A stretch of 63,689 nt of DNA, filler included, from Octopus bimaculoides (GCF_001194135.2; 8 parts of 7 records of this genome joined end to end with filler, not necessarily neighbours in it); one strand, 5' to 3'. Counted from the first letter of the whole stretch, positions 25,018 through 39,934 are shown. Notes: a model not told the origin generated them from the sequence alone. Numbers and translations: made by a program.

Positions 25018-26037
25018 GCAAAAATTGATGAACAGAGGAGGAGAACTACAGAGCAAAGAAAATAACAGCGGTGCCCCCGGCATGGCCGCAGCCATCAAGC
25101 TGAAACTAGTGAAAGAGAAAAAGAGTAAATAAAATGATGAAGTCGATTATTAAGAAGTCAGCTTGGTTATCTAGAGAAGCATCTCAAACCTCGTTAAAGA
25201 TATCCACGAAGACTTTATCTTATAACGTAAGATAAATAATGTTCTCTCGTCGCGAAACGTGTTTCAAATATAAATAGAATAACGAAATGAAGCGATGCAG
25301 ATTATATGTCGTATCGTTAAATCAACATCTTTGATCTGGTTATCAATAACGTATGGGATTACTCGGCCTCGAATCTACAGAGAAAGGAAAACCATTCAAA
25401 AACAAAACCAAGGTAATTGAAGCGAGTATTGTCAAAACCTCGAAACAAATGCCGAGCGCAACATCCTACACCACAAAATCTAGATCTTTCTATCAATTAA
25501 TAAAAGATGATTCAACACAAATGAAACCTGGGGGCGACAGCATCGACAACACTGTCGCTATGGCAAATACTTGGTTAGGGGTACCACTGAAATACTACAC
25601 TATTTCTCCCATAATTCTACCATTGACTGGTTTTAAACAGAAGCAAGAGCTGGGGTCGTATGCAAACATACTGAGTCAAAGTTATAGAAAAACAGCAACA
25701 AATCTATATTGATGGGAATATGGTAAACCTCCTGTAGGCTACGAGCTGGTAGAATGTTTAGCACTCCAGGCAAAATATTTAGCGGCGTTTTGTCCCTCTT
25801 TACATTCTGAATTCAAGTTCTCCTGACATCGACTTTACTTTTCATCCTTTCGGAGTCGATAAAACAAATACCAGTTGCGCAATTGGGTCGCTCTAATTGA
25901 CTTAGGACAAATGGTGATAAGACACAAGGACAACAAAAACAGCAGCAACAACAACAAAGACACCGACAAAAACAACAACAACGACGACATCGATAACGAC
26001 GACTGCAACCAATTGTTGTTGTTCCTCTTGTTGCTGT

Positions 26038-26194
26038 AGGAGTGGCTGTCTGGTAAGTAGCTTGCTTACCAACCACATAGTCCGGGGTTCAGTCCCACTG
26101 CGTGGCATCTTGGGCAAGTGTCTTCTACTATAGCCTCGGGCCGACCAAAGCCTTGTGAGTGGATTTGGTAGACGGAAACTGAAAGAAGCCTGTC

Positions 26195-26252
<58 letters not shown>

Positions 26253-26466
26253 GTGTGTTTGTATGTCTGTGTTTGTCTTACCAACATCGCTTGACAACCG
26301 ATGCTGGTGTGTTTATGTCCCCGTAACCTTGCGGTTCGGCAAAAGAGACCGATAGAATAAGTACTAGGCTTCCAAAGAATAAGTCCTGGGGTCGATTTGC
26401 TCGACTAAAGGTGGTGCTCCAGCATGGCCGCAGTCAAAAGACTGAAACAAGTAAAAGAGTAAAAGA
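26038..26466 (+). mobile_element. SINE family A, full length and least diverged copy
   Basis: aggagtggctgtctggtaagtagcttgct...ccttgtgagtggatttggtagacggaaactgaaagaagcc...(TA)n(TG)n...gactgaaacaagtaaaagagtaaaaga. Confidence 0.93.
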
Positions 26467-27160
26467 TATATATATATATATATACACACAAACATGAGCA
26501 CACATAAATATATATACACAAGTACATACACACACATGCGTTATTGCAATATTCAACTTGAAGCAAACACCGTCGAATAACACAGGAGACCTCACCCAAC
26601 TTTTACCCACCTTCAAACCGCTTAATGTAATCACAAACTGTGTGGGGACACAACAGCTGTTTATGCATTATTGATGTCAAACCATCAACCACAAAACCCG
26701 ACAAATGAACCACTTTCCCCCCCACACATATATATACACACACACTCACACACACCTATATACACACAGATTACATATTTAACTTTAAAGTAAACAACAT
26801 CGCATTTAATTTGCAAAGTGTACACAGAATGAAATGATGGAGATTTTTCAGTAAATAGCTGCAAACATCAACTGCCACGACACCCCTACGTGGCTCTGCG
26901 CCGGTTGCTTCATCGCTATCGACTCTAATGGCGATGACAATGCAGCGTCGAATAACTGACTGAATAACAGTGTCACTACTGCAACAATGCCTTCCCCGAC
27001 CACATCCTTTCCGTTCTCCTCCTCCTCCTCCTCCTCCTCCCACTCTTCGTCGTCGTCCTCATCATCAAAGTCATAATCAAGATCGTCAACATCTCTGCCA
27101 CAGCCATCACTTCACATACAAACCTAAAAAAAAGATCTAAACACATACATCGACGCATAG

Positions 27161-27202
<42 letters not shown>

Positions 27203-27916
27203 NNNNNNNNNNNNNNNNNNNNNNNNNNNNNNNNNNNNNNNNNNNNNNNNNNNNNNNNNNNNNNNNNNNNNNNNNNNNNNNNNNNNNNNNNNNNNNNNNN
27301 NNNNNNNNNNNNNNNNNNNNNNNNNNNNNNNNNNNNNNNNNNNNNNNNNNNNNNNNNNNNNNNNNNNNNNNNNNNNNNNNNNNNNNNNNNNNNNNNNNNN
27401 NNNNNNNNNNNNNNNNNNNNNNNNNNNNNNNNNNNNNNNNNNNNNNNNNNNNNNNNNNNNNNNNNNNNNNNNNNNNNNNNNNNNNNNNNNNNNNNNNNNN
27501 NNNNNNNNNNNNNNNNNNNNNNNNNNNNNNNNNNNNNNNNNNNNNNNNNNNNNNNNNNNNNNNNNNNNNNNNNNNNNNNNNNNNNNNNNNNNNNNNNNNN
27601 NNNNNNNNNNNNNNNNNNNNNNNNNNNNNNNNNNNNNNNNNNNNNNNNNNNNNNNNNNNNNNNNNNNNNNNNNNNNNNNNNNNNNNNNNNNNNNNNNNNN
27701 NNNNNGTTATTCTGTATATTTGTGCATATACGCTTATCTCTTTCTTCTCCCTTCCTCTTTCTCTCTGTATGAATGTGCATACACACACACGCGCGCATAT
27801 ATGCTGATCATGCATATTTGTGCATATATATGCTTATATTTTTCCCTCACTTCGTCTCCATATATATATATATGTTTACATTTATGTCTGCTTGTATAAA
27901 TGTATGTATATATTGC

Positions 27917-27960
<44 letters not shown>

Positions 27961-28656
27961 TTGTATATATGCATACTTGTTTGCTTATACTTATATATAT
28001 ATACATGTGTAATGCATATATGTATATACATATTATCCAACTGTCCATGTGTGCGAGTGTATGTGTGCATTTAGATGGGGTAGAATGGTAAATAGAATTT
28101 CAGGTAATCTAAGAGGAACTGAGAAAGAGCTCAATGAACCAAGAAGAATTGTGTAAACGAACATTATTTCAAAGACTTTGGTCGGAATTGCAATATCGTA
28201 ATGAATTGAATAGGAGCAGAGTTAAGCAGAACAATGCTCCATAACAGACGGAATAACATGGCGTTGGTTTGTTGAACAGAAACTTACTTTGAGGTTTTGG
28301 CATTTAATTTGCTATACACTACCCATGCAATAAATATATACATATGTAGTACATATACATATCTGTGTGTGCGCGTGTGTGTGTGTATATATGTATATAT
28401 ANNNNNNNNNNNNNNNNNNNNNNNNNNNNNNNNNNNNNNNNNNNNNNNNNNNNNNNNNNNNNNNNNNNNNNNNNNNNNNNNNNNNNNNNNNNNNNNNNNN
28501 NNNNNNNNNNNNNNNNNNNNNNNNNNNNNNNNNNNNNNNNNNNNNNNNNNNNNNNNNNNNNNNNNNNNNNNNNNNNNNNNNNNNNNNNNNNNNNNNNNNN
28601 NNNNNNNNNNNNNNNNNNNNNNNNNNNNNNNNNNNNNNNNNNNNNNNNNNNNNNNN

Positions 28657-28712
<56 letters not shown>

Positions 28713-28899
28713 GCATAAATATATGTATATATATGCATATGTATGCACATGATTATATGCATGCGATATATGTATACGGAAATACCTGTATGTATTATAC
28801 ACACATATATACCAATGAACATACACACGGATATACACATCGGTAGATACATAGACAGATAAGTATGCGTACAAAGTACCTGCTTCCATCCATCCATCC

Positions 28900-28936
<37 letters not shown>

Positions 28937-28969
28937 TATATGCATATACATATATTTATATAGAGCATT

Positions 28970-29019
<50 letters not shown>

Positions 29020-29845
29020 CACACACAAACACACACACACAAACACACTCACACACACACACATATATCATAGCGATAATGATATAGCTGGATATAACCT
29101 TGTTAGACGTATTTCGGATTAATTTCATGCGCTGACGGTTCTATGTTTTCATATAATACCATTAAATAATNNNNNNNNNNNNNNNNNNNNNNNNNNNNNN
29201 NNNNNNNNNNNNNNNNNNNNNNNNNNNNNNNNNNNNNNNNNNNNNNNNNNNNNNNNNNNNNNNNNNNNNNNNNNNNNNNNNNNNNNNNNNNNNNNNNNNN
29301 NNNNNNNNNNNNNNNNNNNNNNNNNNNNNNNNNNNNNNNNNNNNNNNNNNNNNNNNNNNNNNNNNNNNNNNNNNNNNNNNNNNNNNNNNNNNNNNNNNNN
29401 NNNNNNNNNNNNNNNNNNNNNNNNNNNNNNNNNNNNNNNNNNNNNNNNNNNNNNNNNNNNNNNNNNNNNNNNNNNNNNNNNNNNNNNNNNNNNNNNNNNN
29501 NNNNNNNNNNNNNNNNNNNNNNNNNNNNNNNNNNNNNNNNNNNNNNNNNNNNNNNNNNNNNNNNNNNNNNNNNNNNNNNNNNNNNNNNNNNNNNNNNNNN
29601 NNNNNNNNNNNNNNNNNNNNNNNNNNNNNNNNNNNNNNNNNNNNNNNNNNNNNNNNNNNNNNNNNNNNNNNNNNNNNNNNNNNNNNNNNNNNNNNNNNNN
29701 NNNNNNNNNNNNNNNNNNNNNNNNNNNNNNNNNNNNNNNNNNNNNNNNNNNNNNNNNNNNNNNNNNCTATTGGGCGATAACACATAAAGCTACACTAAGC
29801 TCCAGTAGTAGTGACAGCAATTGTAGCAGCAGGGGTAGCAGCAGC

Positions 29846-29913
<68 letters not shown>

Positions 29914-30794
29914 CAGCAGCAGCAGCAGAAATATTAATAATAGCGGTGAGAAAGGTGTTATCTGCAAGTCAACCGTGGTAGAGCATATCTATATTCGAAA
30001 GCATGCCAGCCGTGGCAGTTCCGTTTTCTTCTCTTTTACCCCATGTACACAGGTCACCCAGGACCGGATACTCGATCGTTGTGTCATGCGCCCTTCCTTA
30101 AAAAAAAAAACGATGGCAGAGCAATGAGAACGGAGATCCTTGACTGCTATTTCTAGCAGGTTGAGCGACCGACTGGCCACCCTCAGCTCGCATTAAACTC
30201 GTTGTTCCCATTGGTGTCGACATTATCGCGTGCTTTTGATGTTGTTCTTGCTATTACGACCGGGAGCTGCCTTCTACTGTTAATGCCAACGTTGTAATCG
30301 TTACTTTTGTCGTCGTTGTTGTTGTTGCTCTTGTTTTGGTCGTTCATTTAACGTTTTGCGCTTCATTTTCTGTTTTCTTTTTAAATGATGTTCTTACCAG
30401 TATTGTTGTTGTCACGGTTTTTTTTTTGTTTGTTGCTGTTATCGGAGGTGGGGTGGGGGTGTTGTTGCTGTTCTTGTTGTTGTTGTTGCCATTGATATCT
30501 TTTGTGTTTCCTATATTTTGTTGACCATATTCTTGCTTCTGTCGATATTGTTGCTGGCGTTGTTGTCAGAATTCTTGTTACAGTGTTTATTTTTCAGAAG
30601 TTCTTGTTTTTCATGTTGTTACCATATTTAATATAGGTTGTATTTTAATTATTATTATTAGTATTTTTCATTTTCCTTTCACCACCTTTTTATTACTGTC
30701 ATCATCATCATCATCATCATCATATTCATCGTTGTTGTTGTTGTGTTGTTGCTGTTGCGTTTTCTCTTTTCCGCCATTTTTGTTTTTGAGCTTG

Positions 30795-30827
<33 letters not shown>

Positions 30828-31189
30828 GCAAAATAAAATATTTTGCAACAGTTTTAATTAAAAATTAAAAATTAAAATTAAAAATATATATATATAATAT
30901 TGAAAAAAAAATAGTAAAAATAATAAAGATCATACAAACAAACATAGAAACAAACAAACAAACAAACAGCTATTGATCTTTTATTTTCTGAATCTGTAAT
31001 CTTTAATATTTACAATTTGGCTTTTCTTTCATTTTTCCCTACGCAAATTTCAAGCCAAAAAAAAAAAGAAGCCAAACAAAAAATCCAAAAATCAAACAAG
31101 CAAGCAATGTATATACACATGTATATATACATATATATAGGTGTTTATATATATATATATCATTACACATATATACATGTGTATTTATG

Positions 31190-31265
<76 letters not shown>

Positions 31266-31277
31266 NNNNNNNNNNNN

Positions 31278-31318
<41 letters not shown>

Positions 31319-31583
31319 AACACATATATATATAGTTATTGTTGTTGATGGTGTTGTTGTTGTGGTTAGCGTTTCGACTATGTTGTTCTGTTGTATTTTT
31401 CGGCCTCATTATTTTTCTTTCCTTTTATTTTTGTTAATTTTAGGTTGTTAAGTTTTAAACTTAACAAGAAAAGAAGAATGTATTTTTTTTTGTTCTTTCT
31501 CTTATTTTTCAATATAATACTCACTTTTGTTATTATTGTTATCAACATGAATATTATCTCTAAAATTTCTTATTGATATTAGA

Positions 31584-31626
<43 letters not shown>

Positions 31627-31669
31627 GGCATCATAATAATAACAGTAATAATAGTGACGACAGTATATG

Positions 31670-31719
<50 letters not shown>

Positions 31720-32604
31720 TATCACAATCCAAGACCACAACCACCATTATCACAACCAAGACCACAACCCCCAACATCACCACCACCACCATCATCACCA
31801 CCACCATCACCATCATCATCATCAATATCGTAATCTTCAACATCATCATCATCTCAACCATTATCATCATCACCACCAGCACCAGCACCACCACCACCAC
31901 CACCAGCACCACCACCAGCACCACCACCACCAGCATCAGCACCAGCACCACTACCATCATCATCATCATCATCATCATCATCTTCGTCATCATCATCTTA
32001 CTATTAAAAATTAGATGTTCTTGACTATTTTTTTTACCAAGAATATTAGTAGTAGTTGTAGTAGTATCAATAGTACTAGTAGTCGTAGCTGTTGTTATTG
32101 TTGATGGTGTTGTTGTTAATATTTCTATTGTTGTTTAGTTTCTTTTTTCTTTCGTTATTGGCTTATGATCTTCCTTTCTCAGTTTGCTCAATCAATTTTG
32201 AAAGCTTTTCTCAAAAACAAAACAAAACAAAAAAAAAAACAAGAAAAAAAACTACACAAAAAAAGAACAAATAAACAAGAAAAAAATGACAGAATATAAA
32301 TATAAACAAATTTTTTTCTAATTTTTAGGTGATTTTTTTTTCTTTATTCTAACAGATATTGAAATTGTTGGTGTTTTTGTTAATGTAGTCGCTTTCTTGA
32401 TCTCAGGGTTGTTGATGTTGTTGTTGCTGATGACGATGGTGGGTGTTATCTATGAGTTAAGCCCCCTGACATCACCCAACCCCCCATATATTTTCGAATA
32501 TATATTTTCGGCATTATTAATATCGGATTGGTACGTTTGTTGCTTACATAATATGTACAGAGAAGTGTATAGATTCCTATATATTGCACGTATTATGAAT
32601 ACAT

Positions 32605-32642
<38 letters not shown>

Positions 32643-32682
32643 NNNNNNNNNNCATTCGTCCATTATTGACAGAAGAGCAAAT

Positions 32683-32762
<80 letters not shown>

Positions 32763-33534
32763 GAATAAGCACAGCAATAACAACAAAAGCATAAATAAGA
32801 AAATGTATTAAAAATGCAGATGAGGCTATGAAACGTTTTCGTTTATAGGAATTTGAATAAGATGGATAATATACAAAAAAATTAATATGGAAACAAGATC
32901 AAAGGACAAAAAAAGAACCCCTCAAAAATATATAAAAAAATAAACAAACAAACAACAGCAACAATGTAACATTCGAGAACCTCGAGAGAAATACTTTTGG
33001 TTCTTTGATTTTTAATTATTTCCTAATTAAAATTATTGTTTATTTTCTTTTCGTTTTGTTATTACTGCTAAAATATTAGAACACAAACGCACACGAGTGC
33101 ATACGCGCGCACACACGTACACGGACACACACAGATCATACACACACACACACACATACGCACGCACGGAGGCACGGACGCACACGCACGTACGTACGTT
33201 TAGAGATAAAACAAAATATGGAAAGAAAAGATGACATTTGAAATAGAGCGGTAAATGAGGAATGGAGAATTCTTACTGAGATGTATTTAGTTGTTTCCTA
33301 TACACAGATCCTCCGCGCACGCATGCACAAACGAACAAACGTACTACACGGATACAGACACACGTATATAATACGCACACACATATATAATACGCACACA
33401 CACACAGACACACACATACAAACACATATAGCACATACATTTACACGAACCTAGCTCAGATGTATGCATACATATTCATACATACACTCACAAATGTGGC
33501 TGCAAAGCGAGTTTCTTAACCACATATATATACA

Positions 33535-33580
<46 letters not shown>

Positions 33581-33680
33581 NNNNNNNNNNNNNNNNNNNN
33601 NNNNNNNNNNNNNNNNNNNNNNNNTTAATTAATTAANNNNNNNNNNNNNNNNNNNNNNNNNNNNNNNNNNNNNNNNNNNN

Positions 33681-33858
33681 ACACAATCCAACGACGCCAA
33701 AAACACGTACTTTCTTTGTTTTGTGTTCAAATTTGTTGTCATCCTGCATTGATTTAAGACTCCACATAACGGTAGAAAACATGGTAAAGTTGAAGAGAAG
33801 AATGATCGCCACGGGAGCCAGAAAAGCAGCATAGAAAGATGTACCGGATAACCAACAG
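33681..33858 (-). CDS. Exon of an adhesion/secretin-class (family B2-like) GPCR: end of ECL2, TM5, ICL3 and start of TM6; the 3' part is lost in a gap
   Basis: Branch point CTAAC, pyrimidine tract and acceptor (gatttgtatttctttgtAG|C). Phase-2 translation xCWLSGTSFYAAFLAPVAIILLFNFTMFSTVMWSLKSMQDDNKFEHKTKKVRVFGVVGLC matches the CWL...F..P...IL..N...F pattern of adhesion GPCRs. It is not in the ORF track. Confidence 0.82.
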
Positions 33859-33896
33859 CTACAAAGAAATACAAATCCAGTTGTTAGTTTCCGACT

Positions 33897-33974
33897 TGAT
33901 TAACGTTTTGGGCCGGGAATTTTCAATTACGTTCCCCTTCCCTCCCCTTTACACGCCGTCCCTCATCAGAATTA
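33897..33974 (-). ncRNA. Degenerate type I hammerhead ribozyme (core G12 mutated to A)
   Basis: TAATT | CTGATGA | GGGACGG...CCGGCCC | AAAA (for GAAA) | CGT-T | AATCA. Stem I pairs 4 of 5, and stem III is the palindromic ACGT. Confidence 0.55.
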
Positions 33975-36203
33975 CTATTCTTTGGCTTAGAAAACTGGGA
34001 ATTCTCCCATTCTGCTGTCAGTTGGAGTGGACATCTGCGAGGACATCGGTGAATAAGTCTGGCATGTCTACATAAAACTCGTTGAGTAGACCAGAATGCG
34101 ATGTACACCTTGTACAGTCTCGACAGTTATTATCGGCTTTTGGTAGTATTCCGCATAAGCCACCGAGAGACGTGGTAGACCATCAAGTTAGGAACAATAT
34201 ATCACTGCCGTTTCCGTCTGTATGATGTAATATTAGCATGGAAAGAAAAACTTAATTTGCTATTGATGAAATATGGTCTATACTATGAAATAATTAAATT
34301 GAAAAATGTACGTCATTTTGTCTTATTTTTGTATATTACTTACATCCATATTTTTGAAAGCTGTGTGCCAAAAGATATTTAGTCTTATTGAATTAAATGC
34401 TGGAGCAGATGAGATCACAGACACTCAGAAAGTAAAGAAAACATTATCAGTGTGTAGCTACCAGGAATCAGAAGGTAGCTTCTTCATTATTCTGCAATAG
34501 TCATCTNNNNNNNNNNNNNNNNNNNNNNNNNNNNNNNNNNNNNNNNNNNNNNNNNNNNNNNNNNNNNNNNNNNNNNNNNNNNNNNNNNNNNNNNNNNNNN
34601 NNNNNNNNNNNNNNNNNNNNNNNNNNNNNNNNNNNNNNNNNNNNNNNNNNNNNNNNNNNNNNNNNNNNNNNNNNNNNNNNNNNNNNNNNNNNNNNNNNNN
34701 NNNNNNNNNNNNNNNNNNNNNNNNNNNNNNNNNNNNNNNNNNNNNNNNNNNNNNNNNNNNNNNNNNNNNNNNNNNNNNNNNNNNNNNNNNNNNNNNNNNN
34801 NNNNNNNNNNNNNNNNNNNNNNNNNNNNNNNNNNNNNNNNNNNNNNNNNNNNNNNNNNNNNNNNNNNNNNNNNNNNNNNNNNNNNNNNNNNNNNNNNNNN
34901 NNNNNNNNNNNNNNNNNNNNNNNNNNNNNNNNNNNNNNNNNNNNNNNNNNNNNNNNNNNNNNNNNNNNNNNNNNNNNNNNNNNNNNNNNNNNNNNNNNNN
35001 NNNNNNNNNNNNNNNNNNNNNNNNNNNNNNNNNNNNNNNNNNNNNNNNNNNNNNNNNNNNNNNNNNNNNNNNNNNNNNNNNNNNNNNNNNNNNNNNNNNN
35101 NNNNNNNNNNNNNNNNNNNNNNNNNNNNNNNNNNNNNNNNNNNNNNNNNNNNNNNNNNNNNNNNNNNNNNNNNNNNNNNNNNNNNNNNNNNNNNNNNNNN
35201 NNNNNNNNNNNNNNNNNNNNNNNNNNNNNNNNNNNNNNNNNNNNNNNNNNNNNNNNNNNNNNNNNNNNNNNNNNNNNNNNNNNNNNNNNNNNNNNNNNNN
35301 NNNNNNNNNNNNNNNNNNNNNNNNNNNNNNNNNNNNNNNNNGACTAACATAGAACTTCGATTCTATCAACTATGTGTTTCAGTGAATAAGAAAGAATTTA
35401 AAAATATACTGGACGTTCTGGACAATGGTGTAAAGACTGAACTACGTGGAAGACAAGAAAAATTCACTCTCATTAACTTCTTTGCAAATTACCTGGTGCG
35501 TTAGGTGAAAGTGCAAAAGAGTAAGTGTTGTAGTTTTAGACATTAACGCAACTGTGTGTTTAAAAGATGAACTCATTGGATCGTTGATCGTTGATGACGG
35601 CAGAGGGATTTTTGTAGTCATGCGTTTTTGAAGAGAGTAAATATATGATGGTTATACATAAAATGTCTTCAATTATATGTTTGCCTGACCAGTACTGACC
35701 GAGTGGAAAACAACAGCGATCCGGGAGTGATGATTTTACTTTGTATTTAATGTACCTGGGTTTATCAATCTGGATTTTACTGAGAGAAATCGGTCATCTC
35801 GACTGGCTGTTTTTAAGCAATAGGAATTTAATTTCTAAGCTCAAAATTGTTTCTAAATATTGTACGATTGATAATGATGGAGAAGATTGCGGACATAGAG
35901 CACCACCCTAGGTGCTCAACAGTCATGCTTGTCCATACGTTCTATAACATTAGAAGAGAAGAATGGAGGAAAGTAAACTGAACCCCTACTGGGTAACTCC
36001 CACTTAAATAATTCCGAAATACATGATTTAAAATGTTTAGTTCAGCACTTAGTGTTCAAAGCCCATGAAAGTTTATTCTTTCGCCATTTTTGATTCAATG
36101 AAANNNNNNNNNNNNNNNNNNNNNNNNNNNNNNNNNNNNNNNNNNNNTTAATTAATTAANNNNNNNNNNNNNNNNNNNNNNNNNNNNNNNNNNNNNNNNN
36201 NNN

Positions 36204-36252
<49 letters not shown>

Positions 36253-37296
36253 ATGTAGATAGCTTATAGCTTGACCCATAATAGCAACATCACGCTTAAA
36301 ATATGTGTACAGAGACTGGCATCCATATGTATATATACATATATGTGTATATCTGTGTTTGTGTGTTTCTATGTGTGTGATCTTTTCACTATGTACTTGT
36401 ATGTGTATATAGTATTTACACGCTAAAAATTGTAAGTAGATAAAAACTATCGTATAGCTGGGACTATTCATGAAGCTTCATCTTATATAATATACTGAAG
36501 CTACCGATATAAACAAAAAAATACTATGATAAATAAAGTCGTACAATAAGCATTGTACGAATAATAATAGGTTAGAAAATGACTCAATAATGGATGGTTT
36601 GTAGTAGTAAAAAAAAACCCCAAAAAACAACATTCAGTGAAAAGGTCACTGCATCTTATTCTAAATGCAAGCCACTCTACATTAGACTACTAATTATTAA
36701 AGACAGCGTGTTATCTGTGTTGCTTCAAGTGGTGTGTATAATGTATATAATCAATTTCACCAATACATTGATGCTTCGTTTTCTATACAGTACAGTTTCT
36801 ACTCACAAACACATACACACATGTATATACATATATGTATATCTAAGTCAGATAACCGGCAGAGCTGTTAGCATGCCGGCTGAAATTAATAGAGGTATTT
36901 CATCTGTCTTTACGTTCTGAGTTCACATTCTACTGATGTCGACTTTGCTTTCCATCATTCCAAGGGCGATAAAGTAAGTACCAGTTGAGAGGTATGGTTG
37001 ATGGTTATCAACTCCCACGTAAAAGTATAAAAGGTTGCTCTCCTCCGCCATGCCATGTTGAACCAGTGTAGCAGACTAGGCTCATCAAACCAGTATGAAT
37101 TCAAGGCCAAATTAACAGCCTCTACATCATACTCTGGTTGGTGTATAGAACATGCTGAGTCCGACATCTCACCTATACATGTAAGAGCTCCATACGTGCG
37201 AAAATAATAGTCGCTCCCTGACTGGATGTATATATATATATATATATATATATNNNNNNNNNNNNNNNNNNNNNNNNNNNNNNNNNNNNNNNNNNN

Positions 37297-37336
<40 letters not shown>

Positions 37337-39680
37337 CGTATGTATGCATATTCGTGTGGGGATGTTGGTATTCAGGAATCTGCTCTTGCTTACGAGTGTG
37401 ATCCAGTGTGTGGAATAGTATTCATTGTATAACCCAAACAATATTAGTCATTTCTAAATAACGATTTGTAACAAATGCTCCTGACTGAAATAGGTGTTCG
37501 GGTCGATATGAATCGATAAAAACCCTTCGTGGTTGCAGCAGAGTAACTGAAAAAGTTTAATTATTAAATCAGTTTTATATATTTCAAAGTATACCCTAAT
37601 AATTCATAAATATATATCTACCTCTGTGGATATCAAATTACATTTATTGAAAAAAGATGCCCTATATAAATCTTAGAGACTTGATGTTGTACGTGACTCT
37701 GTTTGATGCTATTTGTGGCATTAATTATTGAACAACACTAAGATGTATTCATTTGCTGCTATAAATGTGTACTATGACTTTTTTCTACATTTAATATTGA
37801 TATATTCCTCTTCAGTGAATATTTCAACTAATACATAATCTGAAAATACTTTCGCATTAACGTTTATTCTACGAATACGCAGTTCTTTAAATATTTTTTT
37901 GTTGAAATTTTTAGATCCATAAATTTCAGATATAAATATATTCATGATCCCAATCATACATTGACATTTACGCTAAAGAATGTCACATAACAATAAAAAG
38001 GAAATTCAATTGTATAATTATAAAATGCTTTTGTACGTTACCCTTGGGTTTCGTTTCAAATGATAACATATCTACGATCAAACAAAATACTGAAACCGAG
38101 GCTCTTGAATCGTCTGCTAAAAATGAACGGTTGAATGTAGGAATAAGAAAAGAATTTACTAGATTTATACATCATGACACATTAGTCACAGCCTGCAACT
38201 ATATTATTATATTTTAACTTCAGATATATTACTTAAAAATGTTACTCAGCACTTCGCTTTTAGTATAAGTTCAAGCTGGTTCAGATTGAATTTCAAATTA
38301 TTAATGTATACATAAAATGGTAGAAGCTCGAAGAAGGAATGTAATATTTTTTGCATTTTTATACCAAGTTGAGCAATGTAATTACGGGTTTTCTAACTTT
38401 AATAGGTAAGTAAAACTAAAGTCAAATATTATCACTAATTTTGATCAATACAGATATAAGAATTTCGATTTCCCTATACATACATACATACTTACATACA
38501 TACATACTTACATGCATACATACATACATACAAACATATGTGTGTGGAGGGTGTAGAAAAACCATGTATCTAAAATACACAGTACTTAACGGTAAATGAA
38601 CAAACCTCTACCACCAAAGCATATTGCTACCGCAACAGATTCACGTTATGAATAAATTTATGTACAAACTAAATACCATAGACGTCAATATACAGTATAA
38701 AGTATTGACAGGAAGTAACATTGGAATACGTTGAGAATATTGTTAATCCGAATTCTATACAACATGAGAGATCCAAACTCTTCCACTCTTGACCTCTCTG
38801 CAATGCGCTGACTGAAACGGAATTTTGAGAGCATTGCAAAACTTATAGCACAGAACAGTCGTAGTATATTTTAAATACAAATAGCTTCTTCGACCATATC
38901 CCATAGTGAAGCTCAAACATGTTAGCCTGCATATAGGCAGTCGACCCGATGTGATACCATCTAAAACTCTCTCAAATAACATTCGATTGCCGGCGACTTT
39001 AAATACTTGATTTACCTTTAGGCGCGCAATATCATGCTATAGATGCAAAAATTTAGTTCAGCAAAAAAATAGATTCAGATGAATATGGTACTTAAGTTGA
39101 GGCAGCAGAAGTTAGTACGGTATTATCCATACAATTTCAAAATAAGGTGGTTAGAATCAAAATAAGCAACAAGGACATCCTGAGGTAATGCAGTACGATC
39201 GTTTCACGCAATATTGTTTGAAATACTCTTTAGAAGTTACTTGATTTATCCCTTTCTTAAAGTGCTCTACCCTCCTGATCTGAGTATTTATAAGGGCATT
39301 TATATAAGTAGCCCTTCTAATTAATTACCTCTAAGAAACTATAAATATCATGTATGGAGTAACAATAACTTCTAAAACCTATAATACGACCCTTAGTTTT
39401 AAAATGTTAGTGTAAAATTAAAATGTCCCATAACATAAATATTTCCTTAGCTAATACCAGGTATCAGTCTTTATTAATACTAGCTAAATAAGTAAATTTA
39501 TAATTTTTAGTTTAGTATATTTTGAATTCTGTTGTGTCTTGGGAGAGTTTTCTATAAATCTTCTCTATTGTGATTAATAAGCTACATATACTTTATCATG
39601 TTTCTGCACCTGCTTGTTGTTCATTTCTGTAAATTTCAACAATATATAAATATACATATGTGTGTATGTATTTATATTCT

Positions 39681-39901
39681 TTTATTTGTTTCAGTCATTT
39701 GACTGCGGCCATGCTAAAGCACCCTTTTTAGTCGAACAAAACAACCCCAAGACATATGCTTTGTAAGCTTAGTACTTATTCTATCGTTCTCTTTTGCGGA
39801 ACCGCTAATTGATGCGGACGTAAACAGACCAGCATCGGTTGTCAAACGATGGTGGGAGGACGAACACAAACGCACACACACACACGCGCACAAACACGCA
39901 C

Positions 39902-39934
<33 letters not shown>

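Noticed and set aside
25353-25712. 119-aa plus-strand ORF
   Set aside because: No recognisable domain or splice context. Other frames hint at a decayed LINE, but too weakly to call.
36955-37167. LLHWFNMAW as GPCR TM3
   Set aside because: The flanking residues do not fit (WRRR instead of FxWM..E), and the ORF runs into a SINE.
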